A stretch of 63,092 nt of DNA, from NCBI GenBank assembly GCA_021129775.1, contig JAJOKP010000043.1, forward strand, positions 1 through 63,092, in the 5' to 3' direction. Below, one piece after another: positions 48,367-59,400 of this stretch. Within the stretch, counting starts at the first letter, position 1; each line of letters starts with the position of its first letter. The translations under genes were made by a program, and so were the position numbers. The notes under the pieces were generated by a model. It had not been told where the DNA came from and searched no databases. It worked only from the letters and a program-made list of their open reading frames with translations. Source of the DNA: Clostridiales bacterium (GTDB lineage: Bacteria; Bacillota; Clostridia; Peptostreptococcales; NVVX01).

Positions 48367-49332
48367 TTATCTATTATTCTCGTTTTTTTCATATGCTACA
48401 ATAATCTTTTGAACTAACGTATGTCTAACTACGTCTTTTTCCGATAGAAATTGAATTCCCACTTCTTTTATATCCTTTAATACTTTTGTGGCGTGCAGCA
48501 ACCCGCAAGTTTTAGCTTTTGGCAAATCTACTTGTGTAATGTCACCTGTAACTACGATTTTAGAACCTGCTCCTAACCTCGTTAAAAACATCTTCATCTG
48601 CTCTTTGGTAGTGTTTTGTGCTTCATCTAGAATAATAAAAGAATAATTTAGCGTTCTGCCCCTCATAAATGCAAGTGGCGCTACCTCTATTACATCTCTC
48701 TCACTATATTTTTCAAATTTCTCTGCTCCTAATATATCAAACAGGGCATCAAATAAAGGTCTTAAATATGGGTCAACTTTTTCCTTCATATCTCCTGGCA
48801 AAAAGCCTAAGCTCTCTCCTGCTTCAACAGCAGGTCTTGTTAGTATTATTCGATTAACTTGTTTGTTTTTTAAAGCTTTTACTGCCATTGCTACAGCTAG
48901 ATATGTCTTCCCTGTTCCTGCAGGCCCGACAGTTAGTGTTAGGTCTTTTGACTCAATAGTTTTTACATACTCTTTCTGTCCTAAAGTCATTGGCTTTATT
49001 GGTTTTCCTTTTTCTGTCACAAACACAATATCGTTTTTCAGACTGTCTGAGTCTTCCTCACTGCCATTTTTAAGCGAATTTAGTGTGTATTTAATATGTT
49101 GAGTCGTCAAATTATCCCCACTATTGATTACTATTATTAGTCTTAATATTAGCTTTTCACATAATTTTACTTGTATCTCCTCGCCTGTAATAATAATGCC
49201 CTCTTGTCGCAAAGTAATATCTACATTTAACAATTGCTGAATGATTTTAATATTGCTATCGTAATCACCAAACAATTCTCTAATAATTTCTGTGTCGTAT
49301 GCTTTTATTGTTTTTTGAATAGTATCAGCCAA
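48367..49332 (-). CDS. phoH: PhoH family ATPase
   Basis: GPAGTGKT, RPAVEAGESLGFLPGD, MRGRT, DEAQN, GDITQ. Confidence 0.96.
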   Translation of the reverse strand: MADTIQKTIKAYDTEIIRELFGDYDSNIKIIQQLLNVDITLRQEGIIITGEEIQVKLCEKLILRLIIVINSGDNLTTQHIKYTLNSLKNGSEEDSDSLKNDIVFVTEKGKPIKPMTLGQKEYVKTIESKDLTLTVGPAGTGKTYLAVAMAVKALKNKQVNRIILTRPAVEAGESLGFLPGDMKEKVDPYLRPLFDALFDILGAEKFEKYSERDVIEVAPLAFMRGRTLNYSFIILDEAQNTTKEQMKMFLTRLGAGSKIVVTGDITQVDLPKAKTCGLLHATKVLKDIKEVGIQFLSEKDVVRHTLVQKIIVAYEKNENNR

Positions 49333-49393
49333 AAACTACTCCTCCTCTAATTCTGCTTTTAGTTCAATAACTACATAATATCTTCTATGTACT

Positions 49394-49420
49394 ATTTCGA
49401 CAAAAATATCTTTATTCCTT
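49394..49420 (-). promoter_or_regulatory. Sigma-H-like promoter of phoH operon
   Basis: AAGGAATA-AAGATATTTTT-GTCGAAAT. Confidence 0.5.
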
Positions 49421-49546
49421 TAGTTTATTATTTCATAATTACTCTTTTCTGTCCAGAAAGATGTAAAAGATATATCAGAATTTTTACAGAAAAAACCCCA
49501 TCAATCATTTTTGAAGGGGACAAAGTTTCTGAACATAGATTTATCT

Positions 49547-50356
49547 TTATCTTAATAATTCAAATTCATTAATATAATTCGAACCAACAAAACTTTTGTT
49601 TCGCTCACCGTAGCGACCATGATAATCAGAACCTGCTGATAAGAATAAACTATGCTCCATTGCAAGTTCTTTAATTCTCTCTGATTGTTTTGTAGTAACT
49701 GAAGGGTAACTAGCTTCAATACCCATTAACCCGCTACTTACCAGTTCCTTTAAGGCATCAAGATTGTCATACACTGTAGGATGCGCTAATATAGGTATTG
49801 CTCCTGATTCTCTCAGAGCTCTTGTAGCGTCAATATGAGAAGGGTAAGCGATTCTCATCTCCAGAGGTCCACTGTTTTTAAACATTTTGCAGTAGAATTC
49901 TCCATATATATTGCTTGCATATCCTTTTTTAATAAGCACTTCCATAATATGCTGTTTGTAAAAACCGTGAATACCTCTCGTTTCTTTAAAATCTTCAAGT
50001 GAAATATCGTAACCCAAAGCAATAAGCTTTTCAACTTGCTTAACCCCATTACTATGCCTTTGTTTGGTTGTCGAAGCAATCATATCATCTAATGCTCTGA
50101 ATCCGCTTTGCACATACAGCCCAATAATATGACAAGATTTATTCCGCTTGTAGTCATAAGCGCTTATTTCAATCCCTGGTATATATTGCACACCATATTT
50201 CTCGGCTAAAACACGATGTTCTTCTACACCATACATTGTGTCGTGGTCGGTGATAGATATTAATGTAACGCCATTATTTTTAGCCATTCGAAAGACTTCT
50301 TCTGGGGTGTCACTACAGTCTGTATAGCTAGTATGCACGTGTAAATCTGCTTTCAA
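49547..50356 (-). CDS. PHP-family phosphoesterase, probable PhnPP cyclic phosphate hydrolase
   Basis: DLHVHT, ITDHD, LAHP, GSDYHG; last gene of the phn cluster, which has no phnP. Confidence 0.75.
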   Translation of the reverse strand: MKADLHVHTSYTDCSDTPEEVFRMAKNNGVTLISITDHDTMYGVEEHRVLAEKYGVQYIPGIEISAYDYKRNKSCHIIGLYVQSGFRALDDMIASTTKQRHSNGVKQVEKLIALGYDISLEDFKETRGIHGFYKQHIMEVLIKKGYASNIYGEFYCKMFKNSGPLEMRIAYPSHIDATRALRESGAIPILAHPTVYDNLDALKELVSSGLMGIEASYPSVTTKQSERIKELAMEHSLFLSAGSDYHGRYGERNKSFVGSNYINEFELLR

Positions 50357-50446
50357 ACTTTTTCCCCCTTCATATAAAAAAATAAACTTGCTTTGTTAAA
50401 GTTCCTCCGCTTCCAGAGTGTAACACAACTCTAGAAGCAAAAGAAT

Positions 50447-51271
50447 CTAATCAATAATGCTTTTTTGTCTAAAATAATTTATTGACACTTCCATTATAAG
50501 TGCAGTAACGAATATTAGTATAACACCAAAACCTTGTTCTGCATGGTTTCCTGCTCTAGCAGCGTTATTTATCATCGTTCCAATTGTACCGGGTACTCCT
50601 ACTGCTGGCCCAATAACAACCGCAACCGCAAAATTAATTTCACTCCGTATAGCAACCCAAGAAATCATTTTAGTTAATGATGAAGGCAAAACCGCAGCAA
50701 AGACTATCTGCAACCAATTTGAACCAGTTGCCTTTAATGCTTCTATAGTTCCACCATCGATTTCTTCAAATGCTTCAGCAAATGATTTAATGAAGAAAGA
50801 TAATGTGTGAAAAAACATTCCTACCACTGCTGTCGTTGCAGTAAGACCATATCCTGAAACCAGAATGAGAACCCATATAATTGTAGGTACAGCTCGCACA
50901 AAAGATGCAGCCCCACGAATAGCAGATGCTATTTTCCCATTCGTTAGATTTCTCGCAGCGAATAAACCCAAGATCAGTCCTATAAAATAACCAGATAAGG
51001 TTGTTAAAAAAGCTAAAGCAAGTGTATTAAGAAGACTTCGAATCATTTCAATTCTTTTTACGTTTTCCACTAAATCGAATCGAAGAAAATTTCGAGCAAT
51101 GTTCATAGCAGTCTCAGCTTGAAAAAATTCCCATCTAAATTCAATTCTAAAAAAAACCGTGTATATAGTTGTAAGAAAAAAAATAATAATGATACTATAG
51201 ATAGTGTAATCCGTCAAACTCATTATTTTCAGTTTCGGGCGATAGATAGTTAAGTCCCTAGCTCTATTCAT
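50447..51271 (-). CDS. phnE: Phosphonate ABC permease
   Basis: RAVPTIIW, EAFEEID...EALKATG EAA loop. Confidence 0.88.
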   Translation of the reverse strand: MNRARDLTIYRPKLKIMSLTDYTIYSIIIIFFLTTIYTVFFRIEFRWEFFQAETAMNIARNFLRFDLVENVKRIEMIRSLLNTLALAFLTTLSGYFIGLILGLFAARNLTNGKIASAIRGAASFVRAVPTIIWVLILVSGYGLTATTAVVGMFFHTLSFFIKSFAEAFEEIDGGTIEALKATGSNWLQIVFAAVLPSSLTKMISWVAIRSEINFAVAVVIGPAVGVPGTIGTMINNAARAGNHAEQGFGVILIFVTALIMEVSINYFRQKSIID

Positions 51272-52104
51272 GATAATATCCTCTTTCTTATCTGTATTGA
51301 TATTTGGTCAAAAATCAGTATTGTAATTACGACCATTATAACAGCAGCCATTAATTCATCAAATCTTCTAAAGTGCCTGTACACACCAATTAGGCGACCA
51401 ATACCTCCCCCTGCCAACATACCAATGATGGTTGCTGAACGAATATTTGATTCAACTGCATACAATGCCCAAGAGAGTGCAACCGGAAGCGTCTCTGGAT
51501 AAACAGCATGTACAATTATTTGCCAATAATTTGCTCCTGTTGCTTCTAATGCTTCTATACTATGCGAATTAGTTTCATCAATCATATCACTAAATAGTCT
51601 TGCGTTGAAAGCACACGTGCCAAGAGTCATAACAAGAAGTGCTAAAAACTCACCAAACCAGAATGCCATCAAGAGTATTATTGCCCATATCGGAGTCGGT
51701 ACATTTCGCACAAAACCTGCTACTACGCGTAATGAGCCTTTCAAAAATCTGTTTTTCCCTGTTTTGTTTGACATCCCAATGGCTGAAAAATATGCCAAAA
51801 AGCAGCCTATTGTTCCTGCAGATATAGCTAAAATAATTGTAACCCATATCTCTTCTAATAAGATATTTAGCGAGCTAAAATTAGGTGGCAAGTACAATTC
51901 GAAAAAACGTGCAACTACTTTGCCAAAATTCCTGAATATAAGAAAAAAGTCGAATCCTATCAATTCTGCTGCAAGGCAAGCAACAATAAACATGCCAAAT
52001 ATAGTTCCTATCGTTTTTACCAGATTATCATTGAAAAATTTTTTTAGACTTATTTTTTTTCCCTCTTTTTTAGCATGCCAGAATTTCATCAATTTGCGCT
52101 CCAT
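51268..52104 (-). CDS. phnE: Phosphonate ABC permease
   Basis: EALEATGA, ESNIRSATIIGMLAGGGIG. Confidence 0.9.
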   Translation of the reverse strand: MERKLMKFWHAKKEGKKISLKKFFNDNLVKTIGTIFGMFIVACLAAELIGFDFFLIFRNFGKVVARFFELYLPPNFSSLNILLEEIWVTIILAISAGTIGCFLAYFSAIGMSNKTGKNRFLKGSLRVVAGFVRNVPTPIWAIILLMAFWFGEFLALLVMTLGTCAFNARLFSDMIDETNSHSIEALEATGANYWQIIVHAVYPETLPVALSWALYAVESNIRSATIIGMLAGGGIGRLIGVYRHFRRFDELMAAVIMVVITILIFDQISIQIRKRILS

Positions 52105-52843
52105 ATATATATGCTATTTTATCTTTTGTCAATTGAATAGGCGAACCATTAAAAACTACTTCTCCATCTTTCATCCCAATAATTCTATCAGAATAGTTCA
52201 AAGCTACTTCAACTTGGTGCAGGTTCACAAGGCAAGGAATCCCCATAGATTTACTAATGGCTTTTAAATAATCCATAATAACTTTTGAAGCCTGGGGATC
52301 TAAAGATGCAATTGGTTCATCACATAAAATCAATTTCGGATTTTGAATTAATGCCCTTGCTATCCCAACGCGCTGTTTTTGTCCTCCAGATAAATTAGAG
52401 CATTTAAAGAACTTACGCTCAGAGAGTCCAAACATATCTAACAATTCCATTGCTCTTTTTACGTCTTCTTCAGTATACAAAGACAATGCACTACGTAAAG
52501 TGGAATAGTAACCAAGCCGACCGTGTAATACATTTTCTAATGCAGTTAGTCTATATACCAAATTATAGTGTTGAAACACCATTCCAATTTGTTTCCGTAC
52601 GTTGCGAAGTTTCTTTTTGCTAATCCCAATAGTCTCGTTTTGCTCAACCACTATGCTGCTGCCCGCATTTGGCTCTATCATTTGATTAATACAACGAAAA
52701 AGAGTCGATTTTCCAGCTCCACTTTCTCCAATTACTGAAACCAGCTCCCCTCTAGAAACGGAGAATGATACATCCTTAAGTGCCTCTGTTTGCCCTTTAT
52801 ATGTCTTACTTAAATTTTTGATTTCTAATGTGTTTTTTCCCAC
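52070..52843 (-). CDS. phnC: Phosphonate ABC ATPase
   Basis: GESGAGKST, LENVLHGRLG, LSGGQKQRVGIARAL, DEPIASLDP, NLHQV. Confidence 0.93.
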   Translation of the reverse strand: MGKNTLEIKNLSKTYKGQTEALKDVSFSVSRGELVSVIGESGAGKSTLFRCINQMIEPNAGSSIVVEQNETIGISKKKLRNVRKQIGMVFQHYNLVYRLTALENVLHGRLGYYSTLRSALSLYTEEDVKRAMELLDMFGLSERKFFKCSNLSGGQKQRVGIARALIQNPKLILCDEPIASLDPQASKVIMDYLKAISKSMGIPCLVNLHQVEVALNYSDRIIGMKDGEVVFNGSPIQLTKDKIAYIYGAQIDEILAC

Positions 52844-53006
52844 TATTACACCTCCTGATAAATTTTTGTACATATTATAGATTCGCCCACAGAAAGATTG
52901 TACTTTTCAGTATGAAACACTAAATTAATCACTATACACCAATCTATTTCATCCGATTTATATTCCCCTTTGCGTCTCTCTGTAGGCAAATTACTATCTT
53001 TACATA

Positions 53007-53981
53007 CTACTTCTCTTCCTCAAACATTACCTCTAAAAATTCATAAAACTCAGGCTCTACAGCAAGAAATCTATCCTCAATATGCAGAGATTCACCAACT
53101 GGATTCTCTGTAAACATTCCTTCAGAAGCATTTTCTGGTGTCAAATTAACAAAATGTTCAACTATTGCATCAATGTGTTCTTGTTTCATAAATTCTTTGT
53201 TTATCCAAAACGGACCGTTTGGAACTAGTACTGTTGCAATTACATATAAATTATCTCGATGTGGTTCAAGATGCGGAAGATCTTTATCTCTGTCAACTGA
53301 ATCCCATGTTGCGCCAGCGTAAACTTTTTTATTTACAACAAGGTTCACACTTCCAGAATGGCACCCTCCAAATTGAATCTCCGAGAAAACACCACCATCC
53401 TCTGTAGTTAATTCAAACACTTGAGAACGCGAGCTAATTTCGTTTGTTCCATCAGGTCCAAAAAGATTCCAAAATGTAGTGGTTGGCACTAATCTTCCCG
53501 ATGTAGAAGTCGCTGCTACAAACCCAAAAGATTTTCCTTTAAGTGATTTTAATGCTTCTTCTTCGCTCATTCCTTCAAAATCACTCTTGTTATCAATATG
53601 CGTTACAATAAGTGAATAGTAGCCTGAAGCAACGCCTTTAGGTGCTCTAATAAACATAGGATAAATATTATTATTTTCTATACGCGCTTTCGCATATGTT
53701 GCTCCAGATGGTGTTCCTATATGAGCAGTCCCTGATAAAATAGACTCTGCTACCACAGAATAATCATCTGCAACGGTATATTCTACTGTTACATTAAACG
53801 GCTCTAACGCTATGTTCATTTCTTTCATAACAAAGTATAAGTACTCTGTCATCTCTCCTGCATCATTTGGTAATGCGGCAAGAGTATATACGACAGGCTC
53901 TTTCTCACCCATAATCTGACAACCAGTAAATACTGCAGAAATCAAAAGCACTACAACCACTAGCGTAATAATTTTTTTCAT
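53007..53981 (-). CDS. phnD: Phosphonate ABC substrate-binding lipoprotein
   Basis: Lipobox FTGC; YYSLIV, STSGRLVP, GGCH. Confidence 0.88.
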   Translation of the reverse strand: MKKIITLVVVVLLISAVFTGCQIMGEKEPVVYTLAALPNDAGEMTEYLYFVMKEMNIALEPFNVTVEYTVADDYSVVAESILSGTAHIGTPSGATYAKARIENNNIYPMFIRAPKGVASGYYSLIVTHIDNKSDFEGMSEEEALKSLKGKSFGFVAATSTSGRLVPTTTFWNLFGPDGTNEISSRSQVFELTTEDGGVFSEIQFGGCHSGSVNLVVNKKVYAGATWDSVDRDKDLPHLEPHRDNLYVIATVLVPNGPFWINKEFMKQEHIDAIVEHFVNLTPENASEGMFTENPVGESLHIEDRFLAVEPEFYEFLEVMFEEEK

Positions 53982-53998
53982 TTTGAATCCTCCTAGTT

Positions 53999-54760
53999 TT
54001 AAATTGTTTTACGTAAATCCGACAATTGCGAAGCTTCTTTCATTTCAGTAGGAACTAATTTTTTTTCTCGCAGCCTCCTTTCTTCCATATTGTATTGTTT
54101 GTCGCATAATCCATGCATAAATTCTATATCATGAAAAATGCCTAACATCGTTGTCCCATCTCGTTTCAATTTCTCAATTAATGACCTCACTTTTTCTTTT
54201 GAAGCAATGTCTAATGATGCTGTTGGTTCGTCTAGAAGTAATAGTCTTGGCTTCTTAATCATTGCCGCTGCAACATTTAACCTTAATTTTTCACCTCCTG
54301 AAAATATAATAGGATAGCTATCCCATAGTTCTTTATCTAATTGAAAATGAGCTAATATTGCTTCAGCCTCTACTTTTGCATAAATTTCGTCATAGCCCAT
54401 TTCAAGCACAGCATTTTCAACGACTTCTCTAGCTGTTGTTCTAGGCATTATCTTTAAAAATTGAGAGACATATCCTATTTCATATTTACGCAAATATATA
54501 ATTTGTCTCTCAGTTGCTTTGTACAAATTTATGTAGCCAAATTTCTCTGAATCATAGTAGATATCTCCTTTTTCTGGCAGATAACTGCGATAAATACTCT
54601 TTAGAATTGTTGATTTTCCTGAACCACTCTTTCCTGTAATGCCAACGAATTCACCTTTGTTAAGAACTAATGAAACCTCATTGCAAGCTTTGATATATCT
54701 GTTTATGTTGTGGAGAGTAAATGATTTTGAAATGTTTTCAATCTTTAGTAATGGTTTCAT
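53999..54760 (-). CDS. phnL: C-P lyase system ATPase PhnL
   Basis: KSFTLH, GYVSQFL..PR, FSGGEKLRLN, GIFHD. Confidence 0.92.
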   Translation of the reverse strand: MKPLLKIENISKSFTLHNINRYIKACNEVSLVLNKGEFVGITGKSGSGKSTILKSIYRSYLPEKGDIYYDSEKFGYINLYKATERQIIYLRKYEIGYVSQFLKIMPRTTAREVVENAVLEMGYDEIYAKVEAEAILAHFQLDKELWDSYPIIFSGGEKLRLNVAAAMIKKPRLLLLDEPTASLDIASKEKVRSLIEKLKRDGTTMLGIFHDIEFMHGLCDKQYNMEERRLREKKLVPTEMKEASQLSDLRKTI

Positions 54761-55394
54761 TTAATCCCTCTTTCCTGTCATGCTTTATAATAAAACTGCT
54801 AATATCTCCACGAAAATCATAGAGATTTTCTTTTATTTTCTCATGTGGCCAATCCCACCATTTAATTCTCTCAAGTGCTTCGATCATACTTTCTGCAAAT
54901 CTAAATCTAATCACTTTTGCTGGCACGCCTACTGCAATTGCATAAGGAGGTATGTTTTTAGTTACCACCGAACCTTGCCCAATAACTGCTCCATTCCCAA
55001 TTTCAATCTCGGGCTTAGTCAAGACTCCGTGACCAATCCAAGTATCGTGACCAATTGTTGCAATTCTTGCTTTTCTTTTTGCAAAAAAATCTTCATCATC
55101 CTTATTGTCAAGTCCATACATTTTGCTGCGATACGTGAAATGGTGTAATGTAGGTCTTTCTAGTGGATGATCCGTTGCTCCCACGCGAACATATGCAGCG
55201 ATATTAGAAAATTTACCAATGTTTGTATTTTGAAAAATACAATTGCTTCCTGTATAAGAGTAATCACCTAATGTTGTATTTTGAAGCATTGTAAAAGCGC
55301 CAATTTCGCACCATCTTCCTATTTTAGATGAAGTCATTTTCACTGTTTCATGAATAAAACCTTTTTCACTCAGCTTTTTTTCCAAACTCCCCAT
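54738..55394 (-). CDS. Hexapeptide-repeat acetyltransferase of phosphonate clusters
   Basis: GDYSY, IGKFSNIA, HHFTYR, IGHDTWIG, WWDW. Confidence 0.85.
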   Translation of the reverse strand: MGSLEKKLSEKGFIHETVKMTSSKIGRWCEIGAFTMLQNTTLGDYSYTGSNCIFQNTNIGKFSNIAAYVRVGATDHPLERPTLHHFTYRSKMYGLDNKDDEDFFAKRKARIATIGHDTWIGHGVLTKPEIEIGNGAVIGQGSVVTKNIPPYAIAVGVPAKVIRFRFAESMIEALERIKWWDWPHEKIKENLYDFRGDISSFIIKHDRKEGLNETITKD

Positions 55395-55396
55395 AG

Positions 55397-56581
55397 CTAG
55401 CACCTATACCTTACTTGAAACACATGAGCTCCATCTACAAAACATGAGGTAATAGCTGGCAAATCATCTTCACCGATTTCAATAATCAATACATCTGCTC
55501 TTTTGCCTTTTTCAAGGGAACCTAATTCGTTATCTATCTTAACAGCTATTGCAGGATTTATAGTTGCTAGCTTAAACATTTCACTAAGGTCATGTCCATA
55601 CTTTCTATGTAGTTTAAAAATAGAGTGTAAAATTGCTGCTGGATAGTAGTCACTACATAGAATGTCGATAACTCCTGCTTCTATCGCTTCATGTGCGTTT
55701 AAATTTCCTGAGTGAGAACCACCTAATAATACATTAGGAGCCCCTGCTACTGTGTGAAATCCCGTCTCATGTGCCTTCTTAGCAACTTCCACGGTTATAG
55801 GAAACTCTGAAATAGTTACTCCGTACTCTTTCATAATTTTTAACTTTTCAACTGAATCGTCATCGTGAGAGGCTATAGCTACGTTTTTTGCTTTAGCTAA
55901 TTTTGTTATTTCTTTATAATCACTATCTACTAATTTGGGTTGTTTTTCGCGTATTTCAATAAGTGTATCTATTTCTCCTTCTGACATTGTGTTTCCATAC
56001 AAGCGAGTCATTTTCTTAAAACCCTCTATACTTCTGTACTGCCCCTGCCCTGGAGTATGATCCATAAAAGATAGCATATCTACTTTTCCTTCGTTAATAT
56101 AAGTTTTTAACTCGCAGATACTCTCTACATTATCAATTTCGAACCGAGCATGGAATTTATGCCTAATCAAATAATCTTGTAGCTGAGTTTTAGATATCAA
56201 GTCAATTAATTTTTTAACATTTTCTTTTTTTCTTATAGGTTTATTATTATTTCCATTTAGTTTATATAGACTTAAGGAATGGTACATAGTAGTAACTCCA
56301 TGTGTTAAAAGTTCTCTTTCCGCTTCCTTAAGAGCTAGCTTAAAGTCCATTAAGCTTGATGGTCTTGGCGATGCAATATGCTCTATGTAATCTGCATGAA
56401 TGTCAATAAACCCTGGAGATACATATCCTCCTTGCGCGTCAATAACCTCATGTATTCCTTCCAATTTTTCTCTTTCTTCTTTCTTGAGTACTTCAAAAAT
56501 AATTTGCCCTTTTAATAGTAAATCATATCCGCTGATGATACCCTCTGGCGTAACTAATTTTCCATTCGTTATTGCAATCAT
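55397..56581 (-). CDS. phnM: Alpha-D-ribose 1-methylphosphonate 5-triphosphate diphosphatase
   Basis: PGFIDIH, MDHTPGQGQ, ASHDD, GAPNVLLGGSHSGN, SDYYP. Confidence 0.96.
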   Translation of the reverse strand: MIAITNGKLVTPEGIISGYDLLLKGQIIFEVLKKEEREKLEGIHEVIDAQGGYVSPGFIDIHADYIEHIASPRPSSLMDFKLALKEAERELLTHGVTTMYHSLSLYKLNGNNNKPIRKKENVKKLIDLISKTQLQDYLIRHKFHARFEIDNVESICELKTYINEGKVDMLSFMDHTPGQGQYRSIEGFKKMTRLYGNTMSEGEIDTLIEIREKQPKLVDSDYKEITKLAKAKNVAIASHDDDSVEKLKIMKEYGVTISEFPITVEVAKKAHETGFHTVAGAPNVLLGGSHSGNLNAHEAIEAGVIDILCSDYYPAAILHSIFKLHRKYGHDLSEMFKLATINPAIAVKIDNELGSLEKGKRADVLIIEIGEDDLPAITSCFVDGAHVFQVRYRC

Positions 56582-56603
56582 ATTGATTCTCTTTCCTCTC
56601 TTT

Positions 56604-57446
56604 TTAAAGTAGTGAGTGCACAAGTTGTTGCGTATATGGCTGTTGTGGGTCTTCTAATATTTGGTCTGTCAATCCAGATTCAATAACGCATCCTTCAAGC
56701 ATCACCAAAGTACGATTTGCCAGCATTTTTATAACTCCTAAATCATGTGATACGATAATCATACTGATATTAAGATCTCTTTGAATTTTTCTAATTAAAT
56801 CCAAGACATTTGCCTGTACCGAAAGATCAAGCCCTGTTGTAACTTCATCTAAAAATAATACAGGGGGATTATTTGAAAGTGCTTTCGCTATTTGTACACG
56901 CTGCTGCATTCCGCCTGAAAAAGTTGAAGGTGCATCCTTACGTCTAAATTCTTCTATTTTAACTACATCCAATAATTCGTTAGCACAACTAGATATTTGT
57001 CCTACATTTCGTGACCCTGCCGCAATTAATTTTTGCGCAATATTGGATATAGCTGAAAATTTCATTTGCAAGCCTAAATATGGATTTTGATAAACCATTC
57101 CTAATGAATAATCCCTAAGGTATCTTTTTTGTTGTGATGTAGTATTAAAAATGTTCTCTTTCCCTTCCTTATGCGAAAATAAATAAACTTCCCCTTTTGC
57201 AACTTCCTGTTCAAAGTAGAGAGATCTCACAAGAGTAGATTTCCCCGATCCGCTTTCACCAACGATGCCTAGTATTTCTCCCTCATACAAATCAAAAGAC
57301 ACATCTCGACAAGCATAGATTGTATAACAATGTGAACAATAGTTACGGTTTAAATTGCTTTTATCCTCATTACAATACTCACATCCTTCTCCAAATTGTC
57401 TAGTAATGTTTTTAACGCTTAGTACTTTCTTCTCAAAATCTTGCAT
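56604..57446 (-). CDS. phnK: C-P lyase system protein PhnK
   Basis: GESGSGKST, FSGGMQQRVQIAKAL, TGLDLSVQA, GLTDQILEDPQ. Confidence 0.95.
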   Translation of the reverse strand: MQDFEKKVLSVKNITRQFGEGCEYCNEDKSNLNRNYCSHCYTIYACRDVSFDLYEGEILGIVGESGSGKSTLVRSLYFEQEVAKGEVYLFSHKEGKENIFNTTSQQKRYLRDYSLGMVYQNPYLGLQMKFSAISNIAQKLIAAGSRNVGQISSCANELLDVVKIEEFRRKDAPSTFSGGMQQRVQIAKALSNNPPVLFLDEVTTGLDLSVQANVLDLIRKIQRDLNISMIIVSHDLGVIKMLANRTLVMLEGCVIESGLTDQILEDPQQPYTQQLVHSLL

Positions 57447-58291
57447 TATGATTTGCCTCCTTTGTTCAAGCGTTTGAGGCAATCACTTGAATCATTGCAT
57501 TGATAATAAACTTCATCAGTTTCTTCTGTTTTGATTTCGTCCAAAAAAACATTTGCTGCACCACATAAATTGCATTTCAGCCCAGTTTGGTCTTCTAGTT
57601 CAAAAGGATAATCCTCAAATGCCAAAGAAACAACCTTTGTATATGGGGGCACTGCATATATTTTTTTCTCACGTCCAGCTCCAAGCAAAATAAGAGCTTC
57701 GCTTTCGTTTAGTTTTGAATTATCGTATTTTGGAATCGGACTTGGTGTCATGACGTAGCGATTGTGTACGAACACTGGATGCGCAGCACCACCTGTTACC
57801 ATCCCAAATTTAACGATCTTTTCAAAGAGAACTAACCACGCTCCACTATACTCCCCATCGGCGTGCAGCCTTTTTGTTTTATATTCACTTGACTCAACAA
57901 AACGAAGCGGTTCGGGCATTGGAACTTGCAAAACTAAAATTTGTCCTTTTTTTAGTTCTTCCTCTGGTATACGATGTCTAGATTGAATTAATGAAGCTTT
58001 TGATGTATCAACTGTATCTTTTATGCCTGTCGTTTTTCTTACTAAACTTTTAATACTGACTGCATTAACTGATTCATCTGTCCCTTGATCTATAACCTTG
58101 ATAATATCCTTTTTTGTTACAAGTGATAAAGTTAGCTGAAGCCCACCTGTTCCCCACCCTCTTGCTATTGGCATTTCTCTTGAAGCAAAAGGTACTTGAT
58201 ATCCTGGAATAGCAATGGCTTTTAATGTAGCTCTACGTATTTCTCGTTTTGAACCTTCATCAAAGAAAGCAAAATTATATTGGTTTTCCAA
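57446..58291 (-). CDS. phnJ: C-P lyase radical SAM subunit PhnJ
   Basis: AIPGYQVPFASREMP..RGWGTGG; CX2CX21CX5C cluster. Confidence 0.97.
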   Translation of the reverse strand: MENQYNFAFFDEGSKREIRRATLKAIAIPGYQVPFASREMPIARGWGTGGLQLTLSLVTKKDIIKVIDQGTDESVNAVSIKSLVRKTTGIKDTVDTSKASLIQSRHRIPEEELKKGQILVLQVPMPEPLRFVESSEYKTKRLHADGEYSGAWLVLFEKIVKFGMVTGGAAHPVFVHNRYVMTPSPIPKYDNSKLNESEALILLGAGREKKIYAVPPYTKVVSLAFEDYPFELEDQTGLKCNLCGAANVFLDEIKTEETDEVYYQCNDSSDCLKRLNKGGKS

Positions 58292-58294
58292 TTT

Positions 58295-59398
58295 CTACTT
58301 CTCCTTTCTAGTCTTACGCACACTATCTAATTTAGATTGGAATGTTACGTAATGAGGTAATTTTAAATGAGAAATAAAACCGCTGGCTTCTACTGAATCT
58401 ATATGATATAAAACAAATTCTTCATCGTGAGTTGGTGAGTCTTCTTTCATCTCTAAACAGCGATCTAGAATACTCATTGCTATTGCTTTAGATTCATTTT
58501 GTCCATAGCAAATACCATAACCCACTTCAAGTCTCTCTTCTCTTGTTCCATCTTTGTTTTTTATCGTTGTTGGTATAATGGACTCAACTTCTGTCACACG
58601 GATAGATCCAATATAATAACTGTCATCATCCTCTTTTGAACTTTCTATTGGCGAATCAATATAAATCGGTAATAGACCAACACGAAGTTCGCCTACTGTA
58701 GGATGCACAGAACCAAATCCTCTAAGTGAAGCGTATCCAAGAGCTGCAACAGCTCCTGTTTGACCTCTAGTCAAAATTTGAAGGCGTTCGCTACGCTTTG
58801 TTGGAAACTTTAGAGATTCTTTTGTTACGTCTTTTGGTTCGTCATTGTTTATCTCATAGTTAATCATGATGCCTTCTTCTCTTAAATAATCGATAACTTT
58901 TGGAAAACGTATGGATTTAGTGTCATAGTTAATATCAACTGCCACTTTATTATACTTTTCAACCCATTTTTTTATTTTTCGCGAGTCTTTCTCTTCTACC
59001 GCTATGTTAAAATCAATTAGTCTATGAGTATAGTCATAAGAGGTCCCAAGAATTTGCCCCCCAGGGATATCTTTAAAACTTGCTGAAATACGTCTCTCTA
59101 TTTCCATAGTTTCGCTCTCAATGATTCTTGAATAATGCTTTCTAGGTAGAGTTGATCTAAAGGCTCTAAGTAGAAAAACTACTTCTTCTGGATTTCCCTC
59201 TGACTGTTTGACTGCTATAGCAGCAAGTTCTTCATCATATAACGATGCTTCACTCATCACTTGATCAATAAGACCACGCATACCAGACTCAATATTTTTA
59301 AGCTTTAGTATACCACCATTTTTAAATCGTTCATATTTAATGCGCTTAATGGATTCTTGAATCGCTTTTTGTCCTCCCTTTACAGCAACATAAGCCAT
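58295..59398 (-). CDS. phnI: C-P lyase subunit PhnI
   Basis: YVAVKGG, RRISASFKDIPGGQILG, HPTVGELRVG, HLKLPHYVTFQS. Confidence 0.97.
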   Translation of the reverse strand: MAYVAVKGGQKAIQESIKRIKYERFKNGGILKLKNIESGMRGLIDQVMSEASLYDEELAAIAVKQSEGNPEEVVFLLRAFRSTLPRKHYSRIIESETMEIERRISASFKDIPGGQILGTSYDYTHRLIDFNIAVEEKDSRKIKKWVEKYNKVAVDINYDTKSIRFPKVIDYLREEGIMINYEINNDEPKDVTKESLKFPTKRSERLQILTRGQTGAVAALGYASLRGFGSVHPTVGELRVGLLPIYIDSPIESSKEDDDSYYIGSIRVTEVESIIPTTIKNKDGTREERLEVGYGICYGQNESKAIAMSILDRCLEMKEDSPTHDEEFVLYHIDSVEASGFISHLKLPHYVTFQSKLDSVRKTRKEK

Positions 59399-59400
59399 GT

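Noticed and set aside
52884-52991. Long-range inverted repeat between phnD and phnC
   Set aside because: Imperfect ~16-bp arms; most simply an ordinary mRNA-stabilising stem after a binding-protein gene, no TSD or other copies seen.
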